Below are positions 35,401 through 43,900 of a DNA stretch of 64,000 nucleotides, one piece after another. A program made the translations under genes and the position numbers. Source of the stretch: Amphiscolops sp. MND2022 (lineage: Eukaryota); the NCBI GenBank assembly GCA_964187785.1, contig OZ076419.1:32116001-32180000 (forward strand). Reading direction: 5' to 3'. How positions within the stretch are numbered: the first letter of the stretch is position 1; each line of letters opens with the position of its first letter. The notes below the pieces were generated by a model. That model saw only the letters and a list, made by a program, of their open reading frames with translations, searched no databases and was not told where the DNA came from.

Positions 35401-38026
35401 ACTCAGTTGAAGGGACAGCAAGAATAGTGTCCTCACATATACGACTTTTTATATCAGTGAAGAGGTCTTCGTGTTCTTTCGTCCATTTGAAAGGCGTTGT
35501 AGCTTTTATCAAATCGTAGAAGGGCTGGCTATCCACGTGTAAGTTTTTGATATAGCAACTGTAAAATCCAAGACAGCCAAGTACTTTCATCACATCTCTT
35601 TTACTTTCGGGTGATTTTAAGTTTTTTAGATCCTGTACTCTTTTTGCTAAGGGTTGTATTCCTTGTTCAGAAATAACATGTCCTAGGAATTTGACTTTCC
35701 TGATGAAGAAATTCGTCTTCTCAGGTGCAGCTTTAAGTCCGGCTTTCCTCAGGAGCTGATGGTACTCATGAATTATCGTGAACATTTCTTGTTTGGTCTG
35801 AGCCTGCATAAGACTGTCATCGAGATAAGTGATAGCTTGTTTTCGCTTGATGAGGGGCTCAAAATGTATAGCCATGAGACGGCTAAAAAAGTTTGGAAGT
35901 CCACAGAGTCCGTAGAAACCACGTACATACGTGTACTGTTTTCCGCCGATAATAAAACTAGTGAGTTTTTGGGTCTCGTCGCTCAAAGGTACTTGGTGAT
36001 ATGCGCAGGATAAATCGCTGACCGTGAAGTACTTTCCGTTAATCCGAGTCATAATCATCTGAATGGGTTCCAATGGCCACGAGTAATTTGTCAGATCTGT
36101 TATGGAATTTAAGTAGCGGGCGTCGATTACTAACTTTACGTAGTCTGCTTTGGGCATCAGAATGATCGGATTGACAAAAAGGGAACCTAGTTCGTCATCG
36201 TCTCCCATTTCTCTAATGATATCGGCTTCTTGGAGTTGTCCAAGTAACTTCTCAAGTTTGTCCTTCAAGTGAAGGGGTACTTTGCTTGGTCGTTGTTTCT
36301 TGAGTTCTGAATTGGCTTTGAGTGTTACGTGAAATTTTTGACGTACTTTTCCCACGTCGAATTTGTGTTGCGAATACACGTCTGCTGAGTCAATAAGCAT
36401 ATCTATTAGGACAACCAATTCTTCATCTTGGAGGTCAGTATATCGGAAATCGAATTTTTTCACATATTCCTTGATTTCTTCACGCTGATATTGGAGGTAG
36501 TATTCTATCAAAGCGTCGTTATCTTCTTTTGTTCTAAGTTCAACAAATTGTTCTGTACAGGGTGGCTGACAAGATTTAGCGTCCGTAGCAAAATCTGTTT
36601 CAAGTTCTTCAGTACCATTAGCAAATTGTTCTGTATAATAGTCAATATCTCCTTCTTCTACTTCTTCTTTTCGTATGGAAGCGTTAACAAGTTGGAGGTT
36701 CGGTTCGTTTCGTGATACGATCTCGACTTTAATATGTCCATAATCGAAGCTGTTACGGATTATGTCCAAAGCTCCTTTCCAGTGGATGTTATCTAAGCCA
36801 TCTTCAATTTTGGGTATTGAAATTGCAGGTATATTGTTTAGTTGTGCGTGTCCAACCAAATTTTCGATGCAACTGCGAAAATCTTCGGGTTTAATTTTTT
36901 CGTAACATCTCTTTTTTGCAACTAGTCCATAGATGAAGCGATTGGCTTCGTTATCCCAAAAGGGTAAAACTGATCCGACGAAAGGTTTCGATTGGTTCAC
37001 GAACTTCTGAAAATCTTTCTTCTGTTCGCACAACCTTTTTGCGAACGTGGTTGTCATTTTTCCATCTGCTGAGACACAAAAAGCTAGATTTGCATTTGAG
37101 GCTCGAAGGGTCTCGCCGGAGCCGTGGCTTAGAAAAACTTGTTGGTCTCCTTCGTGTTCGAAGGGAACTGTTGAGTGTAGCAAGAAACAGTCGTTGTAGT
37201 CTGGGTTTTCCTTTAAAATTGTGTTGACCATCGTGACACAATCCTTTATCTGGAACTTTGGTCGTTCTTTTTCCTGTAGGTCTATGACAGCATGACCAAT
37301 TATTCCTCTATTAAGGGTTATTTGGTGATTTCGATTATTTTCAATCAAAATTGGCAGGTGGGATTCGGACTTCGTACATAAAACATTCACAAAGGTAAGT
37401 CCTGTTTTGACTGCATTTTTGTGGGGTGTGAATGATGTTCCGGGTGCAAAATGTCTGTTATTTTCGCGGGAGTACTTGTGTAGGCGGGTAGTTTTGGCAT
37501 CGATGCAAATTGGGTTATCTGTTCGTATTGTTTCGACCTTTGAAACGTACGGGAAGGGTTTGGTAGCACAAAGGTTACCGTAGCAAATCGTGTTAGGACT
37601 GTCTTTCAATTCGATTGCAGGCAAATCAAAATGTAATTTAGAAACAAGTTGACGGCAGAAATCTATTCCCAGTAAATTGGGTGTCTTCGCTTCTGTTATC
37701 CAAAACTTTAGCTCTACAGGATGGAGTCCATCCGAGTCGAAACTGAATGTGATTGTTGTTGATCCAAGCATCGGTATAACTTCGCCAGTATAGGTTTTAG
37801 TCAGCTGTTTGCTCCTGACTACCGTGATGGGTTGTCCAAACTGTGCAATTTCCTCAAAAGCTCTGTAATTGATGATTGAACAGGCTGCTCCTGTATCTAG
37901 CATGAATTCTATTTCTAACCCACTATCTTTTTTGGAGTCTCCGGTGGGAAAAAAGAAGAGATTTAGGTGAAAACGTGATTTGAGGTTACTTTCTTCGTCA
38001 GGTCGCGGAGACTTTAGCAGTTTAAA
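32438..38026 (-). CDS. pol: Pol of element B: protease, macro domain, RT, RNase H, integrase; expressed by -1 frameshift from gag
   Basis: LDTGA; YLDD; HVDSS / ELCG / CDHKP; HHCC; IHIDHKG / VHDNGSAF / VEVQN; GPF. Uninterrupted 1821 aa from ATG 37903, with the frame open back to 38026. Confidence 0.97.
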   Translation of the reverse strand, partial: FKLLKSPRPDEESNLKSRFHLNLFFFPTGDSKKDSGLEIEFMLDTGAACSIINYRAFEEIAQFGQPITVVRSKQLTKTYTGEVIPMLGSTTITFSFDSDGLHPVELKFWITEAKTPNLLGIDFCRQLVSKLHFDLPAIELKDSPNTICYGNLCATKPFPYVSKVETIRTDNPICIDAKTTRLHKYSRENNRHFAPGTSFTPHKNAVKTGLTFVNVLCTKSESHLPILIENNRNHQITLNRGIIGHAVIDLQEKERPKFQIKDCVTMVNTILKENPDYNDCFLLHSTVPFEHEGDQQVFLSHGSGETLRASNANLAFCVSADGKMTTTFAKRLCEQKKDFQKFVNQSKPFVGSVLPFWDNEANRFIYGLVAKKRCYEKIKPEDFRSCIENLVGHAQLNNIPAISIPKIEDGLDNIHWKGALDIIRNSFDYGHIKVEIVSRNEPNLQLVNASIRKEEVEEGDIDYYTEQFANGTEELETDFATDAKSCQPPCTEQFVELRTKEDNDALIEYYLQYQREEIKEYVKKFDFRYTDLQDEELVVLIDMLIDSADVYSQHKFDVGKVRQKFHVTLKANSELKKQRPSKVPLHLKDKLEKLLGQLQEADIIREMGDDDELGSLFVNPIILMPKADYVKLVIDARYLNSITDLTNYSWPLEPIQMIMTRINGKYFTVSDLSCAYHQVPLSDETQKLTSFIIGGKQYTYVRGFYGLCGLPNFFSRLMAIHFEPLIKRKQAITYLDDSLMQAQTKQEMFTIIHEYHQLLRKAGLKAAPEKTNFFIRKVKFLGHVISEQGIQPLAKRVQDLKNLKSPESKRDVMKVLGCLGFYSCYIKNLHVDSQPFYDLIKATTPFKWTKEHEDLFTDIKSRICEDTILAVPSTEYPFHIHVDSSNVGTGCILVQQFPEGKRIVSFNSRVFDKAEQKMSTLHRELCGIVSALQTYEHYIIGSPFPIYLYCDHKPILYLWGRKGQLSHRFFKYQVIITKFQNLKIIWTKGSNLAFPDILSRNVTLEETQNLQKLHKEIPRDISFYDEFGSKVHYAIEHNDDGHCGSNDFFPILCQKGKDQRLLHLKNDGEEHEVEHYENQQTVMATRQDIADCFKLGKSINQYKNLCLPSYKIQYEPEYSRIDDIETDSSDDEEEVAELHLSSEDHEFYRDKSTAKEKNISQKSERPLLNKNLDVEQFPHVDTKDLLQKLSDYSKTADLDITTLVAEQINDPVLQIVRAWVRNKNKPNAKTPEIHQSKALLSYFNNFNQLFLDKESNLLCYNEPIHGTDKCEMKICVPLSLFLPLFNLAHAHTHSGHPGIFKTFENIRQNFFWPGRYKWIVSLIEDCLQCQTNKSKRHDLQEAPLEQWGELETTPFKTIHIDHKGPIRPSSNLNTHCLVVVDAFSRFLGVYPVRDTGAQTTINALEKWITSYGIPQKIVHDNGSAFINRDFVNWTKEFGITLAPRTAYSPWTNGKVEVQNKHLMRYWRNFTNESGNNWSTLASKFAFAHNTSVNYTTGMTPYEIVFGVKPQIPMTLKLGLIRDKNKQCKSEFCADLQPHTHSENNLRNKSLDRLLRPQLSSELLTRENDFKSIYSSTYKRCREITSKAHEYRNRFKLGRPLAVGQKVLLENHKPDLSKSQKLKQLRVGPFTVTKQITNTTYEIKEDENPENVKVTHRNHLLEYFPKEETLPPLLTNYAPVEQDDNFYKRLVQTQIDKHNSGQPEHKLDFMPLIITPLSGSNNNTSKGSEFSPSTDSGILSPKTPQFHTPIPSTSNNSILRERIPQSCGTNPLPPMQTPRLPVAVLPLAFSSNTPLPKRTPVLPSVPPIHTVSPPDQVSPKTGKLSNFKKKVTTRFSEKPKNPKYERSTPGSSLRDIERKGYKD
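36715..37140 (-). other. TARG1/Poa1-type macro domain within Pol
   Basis: LAFCVSADGKM...FAK, FIYGLVAKKR, SIPKIEDGLDNIHW, IKVEIV are collinear with the TARG1 consensus AHCxSxDxxMGxGIA, YYLxTK, MPRIGCGLDxLxW. Confidence 0.8.
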
Positions 38027-39408
38027 GGATTGAACGAGACTGTACTAACTCTGTCCTGTCCTTCTTCGTCAATGAACTGTACGGAGTTTGGGAAACTGTT
38101 ATTGTTGGTCGGGAAATTTCGGTTGTACTCAGAATTTGTGTTTTGTGGTCGTGCACTGAAGTTATACGGGCTATTTGGCCTATTTCCAGTATAGGGTGTA
38201 TTATTTCGCAAATTGGTACTAGTAGAAGTTGGTCTACTACTTGAAGGGTGATTGTTATTGCCATTGAAGTTGTTGAAGTTGTTTGACTGCTGAGAATTAT
38301 TTCGGTTCCAGTTTTCATTTCGATTGTTTCCTTCGTTAGGTCTGCCTCTGTTGAAGTTTTGGTTCGACTGTTGGTTACTTCTTTGATTATTGGTGAAGTT
38401 CGGTCTTGGTGAAGACTGATAATTTTGTTGTGATCCAAATCCGGGTCCCTTCCGTTTGTTGTAGTCGTTGGTGAAGGTGACCTTCTTCTCTTCATTAGCT
38501 CGTGATTGTGCTCTCTTGGCTTCGTCATCGTAGATCTTCTTTCGGCAATATTGGAGTGTATGACCCTTCCTTTGGCAGTATTTACAAAATCGTGTGATGT
38601 TTTGGCGGGACGTGTTATTTACGTCTACTGCAGAGACGTGATAATCATGCCAGTGAGAGGATGGGCATCCGTAGGGTAGAGAGTTAGTTACAGCTAAAGA
38701 ATTGACTTGTTGTTCTTTGAGCATATTCTTCATTGCGTTGATGTCTTCTCGTAGTTCGTTTATCAACGTTTTTTGGTTTTGTGAGGAGTTCGGAGCTAGC
38801 TGAGAGCTGATAGTAAAAACAAGGTCTTTATTAGTTACATGTTCCTGAAATTGTTCCCAAGTAGCGTTGGGGTGTTCAATTAGGTATTGGTGAGCCTTGT
38901 TCTTTAGTTCGTTAGGCGTTAGTCCTCTGACTGCAAATTCAATGTACTTTTGCCTTCTTTGAGCGTTCAGTGCGGCTCTAGCTGCGTTATCAGCATTTTC
39001 TTCGTCTGGCCATCCTCTATCGACAGCTCGTTTCACTCGGTGAAAGTAGTTCTTTATTATTTCTTCATTCCCTCTGACACTATTTTCTGCAGTTATTCTG
39101 TATCTGTATTTATCTCTATTGTCGGAAAAGCGGGTTAGGAAATGGGTTCTAATATGTTGCCAATCGTGTCCATCTCCTATGTTGTCTGTATACCACTCGG
39201 CGGCAGGTCCTCTTAGTAGGGATGAGAAAAGTGCTTTTTTGCGAAATAAGTATCTTGCTCGATCGTCATCATTGTCGGGTTCATGACCCATCGAGAAATT
39301 GATTTTGTTCTCAACAGTTGTGAGAAATGATCTGACATCTTGTTCGGGATCGTTTCCTGAGAATTTGTCCAAAGCGAGGTCGGGAAATGAAACTGTGTTG
39401 TCTGCCAT
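38014..39408 (-). CDS. gag: Gag of element B, 464 aa
   Basis: Capsid-like KFSG...SSLLRGPAAEWY; zinc knuckle CKYCQRKGHTLQYC; Asn-rich tail. Confidence 0.95.
   Translation of the reverse strand: MADNTVSFPDLALDKFSGNDPEQDVRSFLTTVENKINFSMGHEPDNDDDRARYLFRKKALFSSLLRGPAAEWYTDNIGDGHDWQHIRTHFLTRFSDNRDKYRYRITAENSVRGNEEIIKNYFHRVKRAVDRGWPDEENADNAARAALNAQRRQKYIEFAVRGLTPNELKNKAHQYLIEHPNATWEQFQEHVTNKDLVFTISSQLAPNSSQNQKTLINELREDINAMKNMLKEQQVNSLAVTNSLPYGCPSSHWHDYHVSAVDVNNTSRQNITRFCKYCQRKGHTLQYCRKKIYDDEAKRAQSRANEEKKVTFTNDYNKRKGPGFGSQQNYQSSPRPNFTNNQRSNQQSNQNFNRGRPNEGNNRNENWNRNNSQQSNNFNNFNGNNNHPSSSRPTSTSTNLRNNTPYTGNRPNSPYNFSARPQNTNSEYNRNFPTNNNSFPNSVQFIDEEGQDRVSTVSFNPLNC
38020..38026 (-). other. -1 frameshift slippery site U UUA AAC (element B)
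   Basis: Phased with gag codons just before the gag stop; the -1 frame is continuous with pol; an 8-bp stem AGTCTCCG/CGGAGACT starts 6 nt downstream. Confidence 0.85.
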
Positions 39409-39431
39409 TCCTCTCTTTTGCTTGAATGTCG

Positions 39432-39448
39432 CCTCACTGGTCGCACCA
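39432..39448 (-). other. Primer-binding site of element B
   Basis: TGGTGCGACCAGTGAGG, 3 nt after the 5' LTR; the tRNA identity is uncertain (pattern resembles elongator tRNA-Met). Confidence 0.75.
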
Positions 39449-39539
39449 GTTTGTAAAGGTTCGATTGAGTTTAGGAGAAATTAGCCTTCTGAGACTCTTG
39501 ATCAATAGTGTTTAGGAGTTAGTTTGCGACTATGCCTTC

Positions 39540-39761
39540 CTAAACCTTTACAAAAGTTGTCTCTAGGTCTTCCGAGTTCGCAGGAAGGACTTTGTTTCGA
39601 GAGAAGAGTTTGAATATATGAAAAGAATTTGAATTAGTTCGAGTATTATATTCAACAATGTTTGCTTTTACACAATACGCAAGAATACAATACAAACAGA
39701 ATAATATAATCATCCAAGTTGACACAAATATCCAATCAATAATATCTGAATTGTTTAGCAT
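39540..39761 (-). CDS. 73-aa single-transmembrane ORF in the 5' LTR, upstream of gag
   Basis: Same sequence as 25112-25333; sense orientation; lies in the predicted leader. Confidence 0.35.
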   Translation of the reverse strand: MLNNSDIIDWIFVSTWMIILFCLYCILAYCVKANIVEYNTRTNSNSFHIFKLFSRNKVLPANSEDLETTFVKV

Positions 39762-40908
39762 TCACCACAAATAAATACATCAATTATTTAGGGAGTAATG
39801 TTCAGGTAAGTTGTTTAAATACTATAAAAACTGGAATTTTCTGATCTTATTGTCCAGCAATTTGGTTAGGACAAGTGTGCTGACTTTTGGCCAGAATTAC
39901 AGTCTATTCAGACCGGTTTGGGGTTCCTAGAGTTCTCAACAATGTAGTGAGAGTTACTAAGTCTATTGACAATTTACGTGACAGGTTTGTCACACGTTCT
40001 AGCTTATAGGAAGCGAAGAACTAGCTTATAGGAAGCTGAGAGTTAAGTAAAATAGTTTTAGCCTATATGACCAGCCAATTACTAGGTCGAAGACAGGATT
40101 GTCTTGAGCATAGACTTATAAGAAGTCTTGCGAATCTAAGTGAATTAAGGGTCTTATCTAACCAGCATTCGCTAGGTTTTTGTTCGGACAAGATTGCCGA
40201 TTGGGCTCGATCCAGAGGTTCGGTGCCGTGTTCTAAGAGTTTTAACCTATTGCAATGGACCAGCAAGTTTGCTAGGTCGAGAGGAAGACAAGTTTGTCTA
40301 AAGACTTTGAAGAAGTCTTGTGAGTCTAAGTGAGTTAAAGGCCTTATTTCAACCAGCAGTTTGCTAGGTTGCTTTTTAGACAAGATTGTCAGAATTCTGT
40401 TCAATACTTTATAAGGTTACATGCATTTTACTTTTTAATCAGTTTGTTTTACTTGCAAGTTAGCTGCAGTTATTGAAATGATCTAGACTAGCAGTCGCTA
40501 AGTCTTGACGCAATCGCGTACTAAGAGGAAAGTGATCTCCGTCGAGAATTGTTTGGGAGCGTTTAGCTCTAGTTAGTTTTCCCTATGATTTTCATAGGAG
40601 AACCTTGTCGGTTGTTTGTCTCTTCAGTCACTAGGACTGGGGGTTGTCTACAAAAGACAGGTAGGAAAAAGGAGCAAAGAAAAAAGAGAGAAATTTTGAG
40701 TTGTGAATTTTGAAGTTATTTTCTAAGTTAAAGAAAATAACTAACCTGAAGTTTGAAGCAAAGATTGGGTCGGAGAGATTTGTTCTCGCAAGAGAGAGAT
40801 TTTTTTGAGAGAGATGATTTATAGCAGAGGCGAAGAGGAGAGTCAGAGTGAGAGTGTGCGAGAGATTTATGCGAGAAAAATTATGAATCAATTTGCTAGA
40901 GTCCGGCT

Positions 40909-40966
40909 TTTTATACGAGCCGACCGAACGGTACAACCAATCAAATCGATTGGCGGTTTTTATTGG
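40909..40966 (-). promoter_or_regulatory. Putative LTR promoter of element B (CCAAT boxes and TATAAAA)
   Basis: Minus-strand CCAAT at 40966-40962 and 40953-40949, TATAAAA at 40915-40909; the same motifs lie at 26481-26538 in the 3' LTR. Confidence 0.6.
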
Positions 40967-43900
40967 ATACGAAATTATTTCGTCATTGCGTTGCTCATAT
41001 TTGGAATCGTATTCACCACTGGATGCAGCCGAATTGGAGTCGGCGGTGATTGCATCAGCTACCGAATATGTTCGGCTAACCGAGCTGGCTGACGCAACTC
41101 TTTGTATTTGTCAGGGGAATTAATCCTCTCAAGTGGGGGACTTTGTTCCCACTTGAGAATTCTTTTGTTTAAAATTGAGAATTTGGCCGTACAAGTGGCG
41201 CCTATTATTCTCTTTTCAGAGATATTTACTGGCACAAGTGGCGTCGCATATTGTCTTTTCAGGGGAGATAAAAGATAATTATTTGCACAAGTGGCAAGCG
41301 TTTTCTTTTGTAGAGGGGAATTCTCCCTTTCATATGACGCGCAGCTGTAATTTTGTTTATCTCTAAAGTTCTTTCAAGCGTGCCTGGAGAATTGAAAGAA
41401 TTTGAGTAAGAGTTCACAAAAATTGAATAAAAAAATTCTAGCTCCGATTGAATAATTTTCTAAATATGTTTTTTCAAATAATAAATTGAAGAAAAAGTTG
41501 TGTTAAACACAACACAATTCCTGTATTTTCGATGAAAAAGTCATTATAATCCCAAATTTGCGTCGACTTGTCGTCATTTTTTAAGACACGACATTTCTTA
41601 TCTAGCATTAGTCATCAAACATGATCATATCCTTTCATTCCGGCGTCCTTTTGTTTCCTCCCAAACAGGAAGTAGATATTACTTCAGTCCGTCAAACTGG
41701 AAGTATTTCCCCGTTTTACTAATTTGGTTCGTTAGAAACTGACGCGGAAATGACGCTGACGTGAACAACTGATACCTGATTTTGATTTTTTACTCGATGA
41801 AAATCACGACTAATCGCAGCTGTTTGAAATATTTGGAGATGCTAGGAGAATAAGAGAGCTGATTTTCGGATGAGTGTGCTTAATTTAGGAAAAAATTATC
41901 ACATTCAATCCTCAAATATCCGAACTGACATGATTAATGTAATCATAGGATAGCGCCGTGACAACGTCAAAATAATTATTACAACCGAAATTTGAACATC
42001 AACAATAACTTTCAACTAGCATACTGATCATTTAGGCTTATTAACGCAAAATCGAAAACATAGCATCAACGCAGAGACATCATAGTAGATAATATGAACA
42101 TACCATTATAAGGTATGAGATTAATACTAGAAAATATCATTTCTGACAAGTTTCATTACTTGATCGATGAGCGCGTCACAACAACGTCACTCTGTACAAA
42201 GTACTAGACAGAGGTTTATAACAAGCAACAAGGATGAGTATTTGTATTAATTCCCAATAGGTTAACTGTGACCTCCGTTCGTTAAAAATAGAAAGGTTTC
42301 ATTTAGATTAAACCTTCAGTGTTATCTTAGATCAGCAATAATCCTTTTGACGAGGAGTTGACGTATTCTACAGTTTTCCTGATATCCCGGTTTCAACTTA
42401 AGCCTAAACTTTGCATCTACTTTGTGTCATTTCCATTAAATTAACGCTGATTTTATCATTTTGGATGGGTTGAAACAGCTATTTTGATGGATTTGCGACA
42501 TAGCGTTGACAAGGTTTCTTAGCTAAATTGGCTAGCTGCCAAGTTTGACGAGATGCTGACGAGTCTTTTGGAATGAAATTCTGACTAACTGTCGAGTAAT
42601 TTGGAATTCTTTGTTAGCTGACAAGTTAGTGACGCATTGCTGATGTCACAAGTATGGTAATATTTGCATGTACCGTCAAGATTTGTTTACTTAGCGATGA
42701 GACGTCGTCCTAATTCTACATTAATTGCTGTTCAAAGAACAATTAAGCTGCATTCCCTTAGAAGAGGCATAATTCTTTCGGTGTACCATCTCAATGTAGT
42801 TGCTGTTTTAGATCTGATTGATGTTCTTTCTCATAGATGATTTTGGATATGTTCTCATTTAGATTAGTCTGTGATCTATATTCCAAGACGTATCGTAATT
42901 TTGTTTTCAGGTGGCGAATGTATTTATTTTGACGGGGCAAAAAAGCGTCTGAACGGAAATGCGTGCAAACATTTTGATTCATTTAGTTGCCAGTATTCAT
43001 TTTCATTTATGATTTGCGCAAAGTAGACGAGTACTTCGTGTTTTTAGTCACAGTTTATTTTGAAAATAAGTAATATAGTTTGAGTTCAATACCCGAAATA
43101 CCACTTGGAGAACCTCTGAATGGACCCCTGACGATTGCTATTCTTCTGCAGTTACACCCCAGACCGGGAGCGGACTGTGACTAAATGGATCTGAATTTTA
43201 AATTCTGGTGCTTCCTGTATCCGTTTTCGAAGATTTTGTTTGTTTGGTGGTCTACAGGCTGAGCACTACGAAAAGCTGTAACAGACCACACCGGCGACAT
43301 AAAAACAGGACTCTATCCATCGGGACGCGCACCCACGCAAGTAAAATGGGCCAGTGATGAATGACCGTCAGCCCTGGAAAAATAAATCATTTATGGCAGT
43401 TCCACCCATTGTATAACGTTTAAGCAACCTGATAACGCTTGTTGTTACATATTACAGACTACATGTAGAAAATTTACATTGTGAGGGCGGAGAGACTTTC
43501 CCAAGAATCTAACCCTAACAGAAAAAAGTTTTTCTTTGGTGGATAAGTGTTTTGCGTTGAGTAGCTTGACTAGGTTTCTCTTCAGCTCTCCGGTATGCTC
43601 TTCGGCTCAACTCAACCGATCATAAAAAGAGATGTCCAATAACCCAATCCAAGTTGTAATCAAAACCATCTCTTCAAAAAATATCGAAGCAATAAAACAA
43701 ACTCGCTAAGATTGAAATCCACGATTCAGTCGAACATTCAAAGGCAAGTCCCTGTTTTGTACAATGTCTGACTTTAGAACTACTACTGACGAACGAGTTC
43801 TTTAGCTTAGCCAAGTCTCTTGCTTTCGTCCTAAGGCTCAACTTACTGGTAGCTCTCTAACTCCGTTGCGTTCAATCAAGTAAATTCCGAATCCGCATCA

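Larger units (their letters stand above)
25024..41514 (-). mobile_element. Full-length, apparently intact Ty3/Gypsy LTR retrotransposon B (16.5 kb) with accessory genes
   Basis: Two 2063-bp LTRs at a constant offset of 14428; 4-bp TSD CAAT (25020-25023 and 41515-41518); PBS; open gag and pol. Confidence 0.97.
39452..41514 (-). repeat. 5' LTR of element B
   Basis: Apparently identical to 25024-27086; contains an imperfect duplication of about 190 bp. Confidence 0.96.

Noticed and set aside
43140-43400. GC-richer segment considered as a ribozyme or structured RNA
   Set aside because: No complete hammerhead core (CUGAUGA...GAAA) or other recognisable fold.
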